Source: Enoplolaimus lenunculus (lineage: Eukaryota). From it: 64,000 bases of DNA. Shown here in pieces: positions 14,936-27,700 of the stretch (positions are counted from its first letter, which is position 1; every line of letters starts with the position of its first letter). The notes beneath the pieces are model-generated. The model saw only the letters and a list, made by a program, of their open reading frames with translations. It ran no database searches and was not told the DNA's origin. Location: NCBI GenBank assembly GCA_030248215.1, contig JASANG010003910.1:248001-312000 (forward strand), given 5' to 3'. The position numbers were made by a program, and so were the translations under genes.

Positions 14936-15630
14936 CAGGATTGGAACCGGCCCGGTTTTGTAGGGCCCGGGCTCGCGAATTTTATATCGGTTTGGAGCAG
15001 AAAACAAAGCGTAAAACAAACCATATAAACCTAACACTATTTTTCGTATTTCACCAAATATTGTTCAGTGCTGCTTCCTTCAGAGCCGCAAGAGCTCCAA
15101 CGACAGACGCATGCAAAAGCCTGCGATTCTCGGTTGTTACGTTGCAGTCTTCGCTAAAATGTCGCTCAGATTCGTCCGTAATAGCTTGTATACCAAGCAC
15201 GCGTCTAGTGAGCTTGGATAACGATAGAAGTAGCGTTTCACGCCAGTAATTAACGGATTGCTGGAAGTAGCAGCAGAAACGTTGCAGTTCAAGATTCAGC
15301 CAACAAGCTCGCTTGTTAGTACAGTGGACTACAAAACTTTTTACATCGGTATAGGTGCAAATGAATTGCAATTTAATAACTCAAGAAACTCTCCTTCGAA
15401 ATTTTTGCAGAATGTAACCCTACTTTTCAAAATCCTTGCTACGCCATGACCGCAGTATTTTTGAAAATTGAAAGGAATGACGGTTCAAAAATGAATCTTA
15501 TTTATTACAATAGCAAATCAGCGGTCTGTGTCATGAGCTCATAGGACAAGAAGAGGTCACGCACTGCTCCGGTTTATTTCAGCTCGCAGGTCCAAAGTTT
15601 AAGCCCAAGCCCGGACCGGTTCCAACCCTG
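14936..15630. mobile_element. hAT-type non-autonomous element
   Basis: CAGGATTGGAACCGG...CCGGTTCCAACCCTG; TSD AATCAAGT/GATCAAGT. Confidence 0.7.
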
Positions 15631-16382
15631 GATCAAGTAGGTATGGTTTCTCAATGTCATGTTCGTTTTCGTTCAGGATTATGGCAAAAGCGGCTTTGAC
15701 CTTCAGAACCCATGTGATTAGGTTTATTCAAGCTCTTCAAATCCATTTCATATTAAACTAACTTTATTTATTATTAGCTGTAAAGACACTAAATTTAATC
15801 TTTTTTAAAATTTATACTAATGTAACAATTATCTTGTCTTCGAGTGCAAATAACCAGTGTGTTTGTACGATGTGCTTTATTACCTCCAGTTAACTGTCTT
15901 CCGGTTGTAGCTAACAGTAGGAACGTTTTTGATTTGCAACTAATTGATCCGTGTTTTTGGTTGATGGGTTTTTATGCTCTGTGTGGTGCTAGTTTACTAT
16001 TAGTTTCAGCAGGTATTCTGAAACTATCTCTATAATTTACGGCGTAGCGTTTATTTGCACTGGCGGATCCGCGTCGCAGGGATAAAAACGAACATTTTGC
16101 ACGAAGGTTTAGCACTGAAACTTCGTTCAGCTTACCAGACGCTTCGATCGCTAGTTTTCTCAGCGCTTATACTTCGCCGCGGCCCAAATTAGACATTTGT
16201 GGATCCGCTTGTGTCAGCCTAGGTCAAAAGTCAAGGCGAACAAACTTATAAACGTTGTCCGCTGCAATGTTTTTCAGTGTGTTAGATTAAGGACGTCGCT
16301 ATACTTGTCGTACGGCGCCATCCGTCAGCGTACGGTATCGTACGCACTGCTACGCAGCTATAAATTTGTTTTACTTTTACAG

Positions 16383-19300
16383 CGACGATGCGCAGTATTA
16401 TGACGAAAGCAGTGGCGAGCTAATAAACGCTGCGAACGGCGTTGCACCGCCACAAGGCGCCGCAGCAGGGCTGTCAAGAGGTGGACTTCGGGCGTCATTT
16501 CGGCGGCTGTCGTGTATGGGCGGTGCTGATCAACAACAACAACAACAACATGAAATGTTGCCACGAATTGCGCAACCGTTGCGTCTTGCTCAAAATCAGG
16601 TTCGAACGGCAGACCTGTAGCCAGTTCACCTTGATAGGGGCTAAAAATTGTTTTAGGATGGATGCAAATCAATAGTACCGTGGGAGGGTAGCGCGCTGCA
16701 AACCGCCGGACCCGGGGCCAAGGGTTTATGGGGTCTATTCTTAAAGGACATGAAGCTATTCTCTATCTTATTTACGTTATCAGTTTGCGTTGAAGGCGCT
16801 GTGCAATCAAATTAGTTCGCGATTCGCGCTTTGTATGTGAATTTTGAAGTGTGTGTGCTTGTTATCAATGTCAAACATTCGTGTAGCCGCAAGTCAAAAA
16901 AACTACAATTTCGTGATTTTTCGGTGTACGACATGGTTTCGATTCACAGTTTTAACTTTTGTAAATACTTATGAAAAATGTCAAATATTTGATGCGTGTT
17001 ATTTGAATTTCACAATTTGTGTAGTTGTGACCGACCAGACTGATTAGTACAAAATACAACCCGTTTGAAAGCCATGGTTTCTCTTGAACCTACTTGCAAA
17101 CCGGAACCGGGATCGGATAAAAAATGAACAGGAACTGAGGCCGTAAATTTTAAGACAATAGCGTTTCTGTTACTCAGGGGAGTCATCATTATATGAGATA
17201 AAGCGGCTTTCGTCACGAATTTGTATTGGTATCGAATAAAAACTAACAGAAAAACGTAATCATGCCGCACTGTTTAAACCGGTTTCCGTTTGTAATCATG
17301 AAACCAAAACCGGAACCTGCTACGTCGAAACAGTAACCGGCACTTCCGGGAGAACCTTGGCTAAAAACATATAAACCAAAACCGGAACCTGCTACGTCGA
17401 AACAGCAAGCAGAATTTTCGGTAGAACCTTGGATGAAAACATATAAACCAAAACCGTAACCAGCTACGTCGAAACAGCAACCGGTACTTCCGGGAGAACC
17501 TTTGATGAAAACATATAAACCAACCCTCGGAACATGCTACGTCGAAACAGCAACCGCAACTTCCGGGAGAACCTTGGATTGAAAACATATAAACCAACCC
17601 CCGGAACCTGCTACGTCGAAACAGCAACCGGAACTTTCGGGAGGCCCTTGGATGAAAACATAATGCATTTTATTATTTTTGATATTTTTTTCAGCTACTG
17701 GCCGTTGCCGGTATGACGATGGATGGAACTCTTCCACCATTATATCAACAAGGTGCTGTGGCAATGCCAGGAGCAGCACCACTACAGCAGCCGCGAGGTC
17801 CGCCGCCACCACCACATGCTGCTGGAATACCATCAATATATACTACCGCAGCACCGGAATCACCAGTGACCGCTGATTATCCGTCATCAGGTTTGTGTTA
17901 CGTACCAAAATCTGCCGAAATTCGGAAAAATTACATAGAATAGTGTTAAAGTCAATTTTTTTGCCATGACCTCAGATAACTAACCTCTAATAGTGTTTTA
18001 GCCAGTATTAGTTAATTCTTTAAGCTATGACTCCTACAAATTCTGATTGGCTAAAATGTTTTTTGGCGTGAGAAGCCACAGTGGCCTCGACGACAAAAAT
18101 TTATAATGCAGTAAGTAAACACAATAATGACTTAAAACACGCCATTAGTAGTGCTAAAGATTATAAAGTCTAACAACAACTCTATATATTTTCACAACGT
18201 TACTCATAGGAAGGTAATCGTTAGATTTTGGGGCCCATGTAAAGATCAGGGGCGGAGAGTTTTTCTGTGGGACTGGAATAGAGTAAGCTTAAGCTTTATA
18301 CTATTTTTTGCCGAGCTTAGGCTTAGGTTTAGACTTATGAATATGCTTATAATGCTGTTCTGCCGCTGTTCTTTACATTGGCTGATTTTGGAAACGACTA
18401 AAAACATTTTTGTGCATATAAGTTAATTGCATTATGTTTCAATATGAACTTATTTACACGCCTGGTTATTTGTAGTGATTTGCGGGATTATCGTCTGTTT
18501 AAAAGTCTCTTCAAATGAGATGGTAGCGTTTGAACTTAGACGTTTTGGGTGTTGTTCACTTTTCCGAACACAATGCCTGTGCATCCGCTCAGACAGCTTT
18601 AAGAAGAGACTTGCGTAAACCGGAGCTTTTTCCTAAGCACTAGCTCAAGCTTAAACCGTAACTGTAAATGTCGGGAAAATATACAACTGACAAAAATTTT
18701 TGTTTTACTTACGACATATTTTTTCTTTTTTTCGATGGTTATCCACCAGACGAGTATTACGGACACGGAACTGCCGCAGACGGAACTGCTTTGGTGCCTT
18801 TACAACAACATGCTGGTGTTCCCCAAATGTTAGGCGTAGCGCCTCCAGCGTATGATCAGCAGATTCAAACGCCGGCTGATCATTTGGTTGGACAGGTAAA
18901 TATCATCAATATGCTTTGATTATTAATCGTCGAAATAAGCAAAGTTAGCGGAAAATTATTGAACGAAATGCGAGGTTTGGGTTTGGAAAAGCGGCTAAAA
19001 TACACATTGAAGCTGTAAAATAGTGGCTCGTCGAAATTATTGAACGAAATGCGAGGTTTGAGTTTGGAAAAGCGGCTAAAATACACATTGAAGCTGTAAA
19101 ATAGTGGCTCGTCGAAATAAACAACGTTTTACACATTTCGGTCTCCTAAGCAAAGTTAGCGGAAAATTAATGAACGAAATGCGAGGTTTGGGGGTTTGGA
19201 AAAGCGGCTAAAATACACCTTGAATCTGTAAAATAGTGGCTAGGTTTGGAGTATGGCACTTATGTATTTACGTTTAGTTATGCTTAAGGTACGTAAGGGT

Positions 19301-20610
19301 CTTGGTCAGTAGATGTGTTGAACGCATTAGTTTATTTATTAATTTCTATTTGCCAGCGATAATAAAAGTATATCCATAGCACAGAGGATCAGTTGATGTT
19401 AAAAACTACCACAGTGTAACGTTATGGAGAATATATACTGCCGTGCGTTAATAACAGGGGATAATAAGAATCAGGGGGCACTATAGTCTAAATTAACAGG
19501 ACTCTGTATCCATAATTTAAGTCCGTATTTTTATAGCGCCTCAAATCTTTATATAGAGTCCATTAATGTGAATTTATTAAAGCATTTCGATTACGCAAAT
19601 GTTTCCTGGACTAAATAAAGTAATAAAGTCAATCTCGCATGAATTTAATTAATTTAATTACACAAAGCATATGTTATCTATAACATTCATAAATTGGTTA
19701 AAGCTGATTCCCAAAGCAAAATAGTTAAAGCTTAGATGATGGCATAAGTGAAAGACGTGAGATCCAAATAACAGCAAAGAAAATTGATTTAAAATAAATA
19801 ATAGCCCGTTCCTGAATTGTAAGTAGGGTATATCTGATAAGGCGAATTGTCAGACACTCCCGTCTTATTTGGGTCACTGCAGTAATTCAACCAATCTGTT
19901 TCGGGTACGAAGAACTTACTTAACACTTTTCTGGAAATATCGAAAATTGTTAACCAGTATACAACACTGCAGTGAGTAACTATTGTTGGACGGCTTAGGT
20001 TTTTGCAGACCGCGATCATGGCGTTTACGATAGAATTTTTAAGCCTCAGCCTAAGCTTAAATTAAACTGAGAGGTAGTGTGTAGTAATAGCCATTTAATA
20101 CAAAAGTTTGTAACTTTTGTTGTAATGTTTTAGGTACTTGCCGACCGTGGGCTTGGCGTGTACGCTGATCCGGGTCTGATTCGAACTGCACAACTTGAAA
20201 TCGCTGAAGCGTACAATATGACACCTGATGAACTAAATCGCGCTGCGGCGGAAATATATCGCGGCGGCGATGCACCGCAACACCCTCAGCATGGCGGAAA
20301 TAATCCTGGACTGTCGAGTACCGGTGGTCACAATCCAGGCAATCATCATCATCATCCAGCGCTAGCATATCGAAGTAACGACGAACAGCAACATATTGGC
20401 GGAATGAATGTGTCTGAAATTCAAGATTTCAATCAATACTCACGCCAAGGTCTACTACAGCGACAACCGATTAGTTCTGATGACGCTTCGGTTGAACTGG
20501 ATTCGCCTTCATCGCCTATACCGTTGAACTACGGCATTGCATCTGGTCACCAAGGTCAGCAACAAAACGTTCGGGGGGTGCCTCAAAATGGGTTTATGAC
20601 ATCGTTATGA
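16383..20610 (+). CDS. egl-19: L-type voltage-gated calcium channel alpha-1 subunit (CaV1/EGL-19), distal C-terminal exons; 5' part not resolved in this window
   Basis: Phase-consistent GT-AG exons 16383-16599, 17695-17890, 18750-18895, 20134-20610(TGA). The joined peptide contains RASFRRLSC, PLRLAQNQ|LLAVAGM and ADHLVGQ|VLADRGLGVYADPGLIRTAQLEIAEAYNMTPDELNRAAAEI. These resemble the CaV1 'AVAG' motif and the distal C-terminal regulatory region (CaV1.2-type SLVEAVLISEGLG..DP......ELADACDMTIEEMENAA). It ends FMTSL, a class I PDZ-type terminus as in CaV1 channels. Confidence 0.88.
17301..17662. repeat. ~72-bp tandem minisatellite, 5 copies, in CaV1 intron
   Basis: CTACGTCGAA recurs at ~17320, 17392, 17464, 17537, 17611. 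Confidence 0.9.
18938..19240. repeat. ~81-bp direct repeats, 3 copies, in CaV1 intron
   Basis: GAACGAAATGCGAGGTTTG...GTAAAATAGTGGCT at ~18961, 19042, 19172. Confidence 0.85.
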
Positions 20611-21174
20611 TGACCGCATTGAACGTCGTTTGAATTGGTGTAGAGAGTTGCGCACCTACGTCGGCCGTGTGAATTGCACAGATTAGTCCGCCTCGGTATT
20701 AACAACTGTGATTAGGATTGGTATGTTGCAAGTCTGTGGAAAGACAAGATTTTGGTCGGTTCTGGCGTAAAAGCTTGAAGCATTACAGAGTTCCGGCTGT
20801 ATATTTTTTAAGCGCAATATACCTAACGTCACCGCCTTCGAAAATTTCTGGGACCGCCAGTAAATTGACATTTTGGCAGACGTCGAATTGAGGCTGAGAA
20901 AATAGCCTATACGATGCTGGAAACGGTTCAGGCGATGAAATGTGTTTATAGTACGAGCGGTTATTCTATCGATTGCTGGCTGAGATATGCACTGTTGTTA
21001 GTGAGGCGGTTGGGGTATTATTAAGAACATGATTGCTGTAACCTGAGCTAACTGATGAACTACGCACTCAAGCAACAATTATATACGTTGAACTTGGGTA
21101 TATTTTGTGTGCAATGTGCATTAATTTTCGCTGGATTTTAACTCGTCCACATTTTGATCGTCCTTTGATTTTTT

Positions 21175-21409
21175 GGCCCATGTATAGAACAGGGCCGCAA
21201 CAGTAGTATAAGCATATTCCTAAGCCTAAGCCTAAGCCTAGCGTATGGATGAGCATATTCCTAAGCCTAAGCCTAAGCCTAAGCCTAGCGTATGGATGAG
21301 CATATTCCTAAGCCTAAGCCTAACCCTAAGCAAAAAATAGTCTAAAGCTTAAACTGACTCTATTATAGCCCCTCCGGAAAACGATCCGGCCCTGTTCTAT
21401 ACATGGGCC
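21175..21409. mobile_element. MITE with internal (TTAGGC)n tracts, GG-initiated TIRs and 8-bp TSD (Merlin-like)
   Basis: 22-bp perfect TIR GGCCCATGTATAGAACAGGGCC; TSD GATTTTTT on both sides. Related copies or fragments near 771, 18231, 21832, 29593, 30360, 31502, 33389, 39589, 53374. Confidence 0.85.
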
Positions 21410-23257
21410 GATTTTTTGCTGCGATCTACCCGTTCATTTTTAATTTTTAGTGTGTGATATTTTGATAGTGTTATCATTTTTAGCATGCTATATATTTTAT
21501 TTGAGCTTTTTTTGCGAACAGTTTTTAAAACGTATTTTAAATGGTGTGTGTCCGTTGCATAATTCGTGCCAAACATCAGAGCTTGGCATACACGGCTTGG
21601 CCGTCGGAGTGTGGTGGGTGTAATTTAGTTACGCTTATTCCTTCAACCATTGCGTCAACATCAATGTCAATATAACATATCAAATCAGTTTAGGTGTATT
21701 AGGAATTGGCAGAATTGTGTTAAAATCCATGTCTGCTGTTAAATACTAAACACAAATCTATTTTGTATGTATACAATATATACGTATGCATTCTAAAATA
21801 TCTTTTAACTGGTATAGGCTACAGTTCGAAGGGCCAATGTTACTTTCAGTGCCATAACAGTAGATTATGCGTATTCCTTAGCCTAAGCCTAAGCATTGTA
21901 AAAATGTGTTCCTAAGCCTAAGCAAAAATGTAGTCTAGAATGTAAGCCTTCTCTTTTACAGACCCACCAAAAATCGGCACGGCCCTGAAAGTAACATTGG
22001 CCTTTCGACGGAGTTTCTTGTTTTACTCGCAGAAAAAGTGTTAAGCTGAACTGAAGATTAACGTCCTGACTGGGCCGGCAGTAGGCCATTTCGCAAATTT
22101 AAGTTATAAAAATGAGATTTTGCATTAAATCAGTAACCTGTTCATACGATGACATATTTTCAATTATGCTTTATATTTTAACGCAAAATAGAAAGGTATT
22201 ATTTTAACATTTACAGATTTTTAAAAAAATGTCTTTATTAGCTGTTGATAATTTTAAATGTGTTGTTAGTTTTGCCATGTGTGTAAAATATATATTGTTG
22301 GACTTGAAAATAGCAGTGAAAAGATTTGAATTGAAAGTATAGTCAGAATTTGTGGACCAGACTTCTAATGAGAATTGAAGTTCCAGTTGTAAACAAGTTG
22401 TTTGTTAGGGTGTCGTGTGGCGATAAAAGAGAAATAGCTCTTTTAATTATAAGGGCCTGCCCATTCGGAGACACGGAGACCGGTGGACTTACCGACTGAA
22501 AGGCTTAAGTTTAGGCTTAGGATAAGACTTACATTTAAGGTTAGACCTAGTAACCTAGTAGACGGCCTCTATATAATTAACATGGGTCAGAAAAATGATC
22601 ACCGGTGATATTGATTGTTTACAGTTTGATTTCATTTAGTATGATGTTAAAAGCTGTTTAGCGGCTGAGTTCGGTATTATGCAAGTCATATTACACCTTG
22701 AATAGCAAAATATTACTATTTCTCTTTGCATCATGTATAAACTATTTTTATATGAAAATTTTAATAGTGTTGCATTGTTTTACTGTATCGAGCGGCTCAG
22801 CTTCCATTTGGTTACCGAATCGTGTGCGTTTGATTAAAACAAATGTGTAGCATTTAAGCATATATAACAGGCAATATGGTATAATACCTCCGACGTTTGG
22901 TTTGAGATTTGCGCTTCTCCACGGCGACCGTAAGATTTTTAGTAATAAATTCATGGTAACACTGTATAGAAACACTAGACATATTGCAGACTTGTTACTC
23001 TCAAAAAACTCCGCACATTTTGGTTTATACTTAGGCATAAACTAAACCATTTCCTATTAAGCACTAAAGTGTTAAGGCGTAAGTTTCTGGAAAGGTTACA
23101 AGAACGTATTTTCGTCACAATCGGACTGGAAAGTCACCCAATCAAATAAAACTAAGGTCCACCAACAGAGTATAGCCACTCCCTGTTCCGATATTTTCCT
23201 GCATATGCTTCGTTTCCACCTTGCTACAATTGCTGTTCTGGGATTGCTTGTTCCTAT

Positions 23258-23599
23258 CAGGGTACCACAGAGGTCTGCCTCCGGCTCCGGCAGAAAATCG
23301 GCCTCCGGCTTCGGTAGAATTTTTGCCGGAGGTTCCTGCGATTTCGGTAGTAAAATTTTGCATAATTTTCCTAAATTTATCTGTTTAGCGCGTTTCTATT
23401 TACTTTTGTCACAATTTTCGTGAAAGAATTGCCGAAATTTGGCAGAAAATTGGCGTGAAACCGAACAACTTAACAACATTTTGCAGATATTGGCTAAAAT
23501 TAACTAATTTACCATCATTTTTACTTTCGCCTCACCTCCGGCTCCGGCAAGTTTCCATGACCTCTGGCTCCGGTATCTTTCACCTCCGGTTGCACCCTG
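23258..23599. mobile_element. hAT-type MITE (CAGGGT TIR, 8-bp TSD)
   Basis: CAGGGTACC...GGTTGCACCCTG with a perfect TSD GTTCCTAT and subterminal CTCCGG repeats. Confidence 0.85.
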
Positions 23600-23730
23600 G
23601 TTCCTATATATTCTTTTGTTGGTGCTGGCGTTAACAAGTATATATTATGTTCATATATGAACCTAAAATTTTTCTTTGACTGTTGGGACAGCTTCAAACA
23701 CGAAGGACATATTTTTACTCTAAAATTTAT

Positions 23731-24589
23731 ACTAGAAAAAATTGCTCAGCACTTGAGCAGCATGGGATATGCTTCATATTCCTATTAAAAGGATAGTAAC
23801 TAGACCAGCACATTCGTTCGATGTAATCTGGAAAAATATTAAGAAACAATGGCGTCCAAAATCATGTTGACTATTAATTCTTCTGAAACATATTGCGGAG
23901 AGCAAATCTATTTTTATGTTGAAGTTTTTGGCGGATTTATTAGGCATTTTAAGAAATTTCTTAGATAATGGCAGGGTTACAGAGACATGGCTGAAGTATA
24001 ATGATCTTGCTTTTGCCAGATTAATCGGTGCTGCCAGAATACGGTGAGAATTTTGATCCTCTAGTCGTGACTATGCAGTGAAACAAATAACTTAGCAGGA
24101 AAATGCGCATTTATAGATTTCTACCTGTAAACTTGTTTGTTTTTCACTAAGGTTAAAAGGCGGGTAAAGTCAAGAGTCGTTTTTAAAGCATTAATTGTGA
24201 GTCATTTTGTGACGCCTTGTTTAATAAAGTATGTAACAAAATTGGTCATCAGTACTCTAACTCCCCAATTATGTCGCCATACAGTGTTCTTGTGGAATTC
24301 AATTAACTATGTTTAATAGAGAGCCCAAGGTGAGTTTAGTAAGTTCATGTAGAAAACTTCAATACACACTTAAAGCAAAACATTTGTTTCTTACAAAAGA
24401 AAATTACAAACATTTTGCTATCCGCAATATGTTTCAGAAGAATTAATAGTCAACATGATTTTGGACGCCATTGTTTCTTAATATTTTTCCAGATTACATC
24501 GAACGAATGTGCTGGTCTAGTTACTATCCTTTTAATAGGAATATGAAGCATATCCCATGCTGCTCAAGTGCTGAGCAATTTTTTCTAGT
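23731..24589. mobile_element. Foldback element with ~169-bp near-perfect inverted arms ending in hairpin + CTAGT
   Basis: 23731-23899 is the reverse complement of 24421-24589; ~520-bp spacer; no clear TSD. Confidence 0.8.
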
Positions 24590-24750
24590 TTCAACCGTTT
24601 TACCAAGCTGCTGCTTAATCCATCAATCTGAACTATGAAAAATGAGAAGACTGATTAAACTAAATGCGGAGTTTCAAAAAAATCGTTTGCATGACAAACT
24701 TTTATCCTGACAACATGCGCCTAACCAACGTTCTTGTATAAAACCAAGCA

Positions 24751-27700
24751 TTGGCGTGAAATCGACCGTTGGGGTGAAACGGACAATTGGGGTGAAACCA
24801 ACAGTTGGGGTGAAACCAACCGTTGGGGTGAAACTAACCGTTGGGGTGAAACCCACCGTTGGGGTGAAACCAACCGTTGGGGTGAAACCAACTGTTGGGG
24901 TGAGACCAACCGTTGGGGTGAGACCAACCGTTGGGGTGAAACCAACCGTTGGGGTGAAACCAACTGTTGGGGTGAGATCAACCGTTGGGGTGAGACCAAC
25001 CGTTGGGGAGAAACCAACCGTTGGGGTGAAACCAACCGTTGGGGTGAAACCAACCGTTGGGATGAAACCAACCGTTGGGGTGAAACCAACCGTTGGGGTG
25101 AAACCAACCGTTGGGGTGAAACCAACCGTTGGGGTGAGACCAACCGTTGGGGTGAGACCAACCGTTGGGGTGAGACCAACCGTTGGGGTGAAACCAACCG
25201 TTGGGGTGAAACCAACCGTTGGGGTGAAACCAACCGTTGGGGTGAAACCAACCGTTGGGGTGAAACCAACCGTTGGGGTGAAACCAACCGTTGGGGTGAA
25301 ACCAACCGTTGGGGTGAAACCAACCGTTGGGGTGAAACCAACCGTTGGGGTGAAACCGACCGTTGGGGTGAAGCCAACCGTTGGGGTGAAACCAACCGTT
25401 GGGGTGAAACCAACCGTTGGGGTGAAACCAACCGTTGGGGTGAAACCAACCGTTGGGGTGAAACCAACCGTTGGGGTGAAACCAACCGTTGGGGTGAGAC
25501 CAACCGTTGGGGTGAGACCAAGCGTTGGGGTGAGACCAACCGTTGGGGTGAAACCAACCGTTGGGGTGAAACCAACCGTTGGGGTGAAACCAACCGTTGG
25601 GGTGAAACCAACCGTTGGGGTGAAACCAACCGTTGGGGTGAAACCAACCGTTGGGGTGAAACCAAGCGTTGGGGTGAAACCGACCGTTGGGGTGAAACCA
25701 AGCGTTGGGGTGAAACCGACCGTTGGGGGAACCAACCGTGAAACCAACCGTTGGGGTGAAACCAACCGTTGGGGTGAAACCAAGCGTTGGGGTGAAACCG
25801 ACCGTTGGGGTGAAACCGACCGTTGGGGTGAAACCAACCGTTGGGGTGAAACCAACCGTTGGGGTGAAACCAACCGTTGGGGTGAAACCAACGGTTGGGG
25901 TGAAACCAACCGTTGGGGTGAAACCGACCGTTGGGGTGAAACCAACCGTTGGGGTGAAACCGACCGTTGGGGTGAAACCAACCGTTGGGGTGAAACCAAC
26001 CGTTGGGTTGAAACCAACCGTTGGGGTGAAACCGACCGTTGGGGTGAAACCAACCGTTGGGGTGAAACCAACCGTTGGGTTGAAACCAACCGTTGGGGGG
26101 AAACCAACCGTTGGGGGAAACCAACCGTTGGGGGAAACCAACCGTTGGGGGAAACCAACCGTTGGGGTGAAACCAACCGTTGGGGTGAAACCAACCGTTG
26201 GGGTGAAACCAACCGTTGGGGTGAAACCAACCGTTGGGGTGAAACCAACCGTTGGGGTGAAACCAACCGTTGGGTTGAAACCAACCGTTGGTGGGTAACC
26301 AAAGGTTGGGGGATACCAACCGTTGGGGGAAACCAACCGTTGGGGGAAACCAACCGTTGGGGTGAAACCAACCGTTGGGGTGAAACCAACCGTTGGGGTG
26401 AAACCAACCGTTGGGGTGAAACCAACCGTTGGGGTGAAACCAACCGTTGGGGTGAAACCAACCGTTGGGGTGAAACCAACCGTTGGGGTGAAACCGACCG
26501 TTGGGGTGAAACCGACCGTTGGGGTGAAACCAACCGTTGGGGTGAAACCAACCGTTGGGGTGAAACCAACCGTTGGGGTGAAACCAACCGTTGGGGTGAA
26601 AACGATCGTTGGGGTGAAACCAACCGTTGGGGTGAAACCAACCGTTGGGGTGAAACCGACCGTTGGGGTGAAACCGACCGTTGGGGTGAAACCAACCGTT
26701 GGGGTGAAACCAACCGTTGGGGTGAAACCAACCGTTGGGGTGAAACCAACCGTTGGGGTGAAAACGATCGTTGGGGTGAAACAAACCGTTGGGGTGAAAA
26801 CGATCGTTGGGGTGAAACCAATAGTTGGGGTGAAACCAATCGTTGGGGTGAAACCAACCGTTGGGGTGAAACCAACCGTTGGGGTGAAACCAACCGTTGG
26901 GGTGAAACCAACCGTTGGGGTGAAACCAACCGTTGGGGTGAAACCAACCGTTGGGGTTAAACCAACCGTTGGGGTTAAACCAACCGTTGGGGTGAAACCA
27001 ACCGTTGGGGTGAAACCAAGCGTTGGGGTGAAACCGACCGTTGGGGTGAAACCAACCGTTGGGGTGAAACCAACCGTTGGGGTGAAACCAACCGTTGGGG
27101 TGAAACCAACCGTTGGGGTGAAACCAACCGTTGGGGTGAAACCAACCGTTGGGGTGAAACCAACCGTTGGGGTGAAACCAACCGTTGGGGTGAAACCAAC
27201 CGTTGGGGTGAAACCAACCGTTGGGGTGAAACCAACCGTTGGGGTGAGACCAACCGTTGGGGTGAGACCAACCGTTGGGGTGAGACCAACCGTTGGGGTA
27301 AAACCAACCGTTGGGGTGAAACCAACCGTTGGGGTGAAACCAACCGTTGGGGTGAAACCAACCGTTGGGGTGAAACCAACCGTTGGGGTGAAACCAAGCG
27401 TTGGGGTGAAACCAACCGTTGGGGTGAAACCAACCGTTGGGGTGAAACCAACCGTTGGGGTGAAACCAACCGTTGGGGTGAAACCAAGCGTTGGGGTGAA
27501 ACCAAGCGTTGGGGTGAAACCGACCGTTGGGGTGAAACCGACCGTTGGGGTGAAACCAACCGTTGGGGTGAAACCAAGCGTTGGGGTGAAACCAAGCGTT
27601 GGGGTGAAACCAACGGTTGGGGTGAAACCGACCGTTGGGGTGAAACCAACCGTTGGGGTGAAACCGACCGTTGGGGTGAAACCAACCGTTGGGTTGAAAC

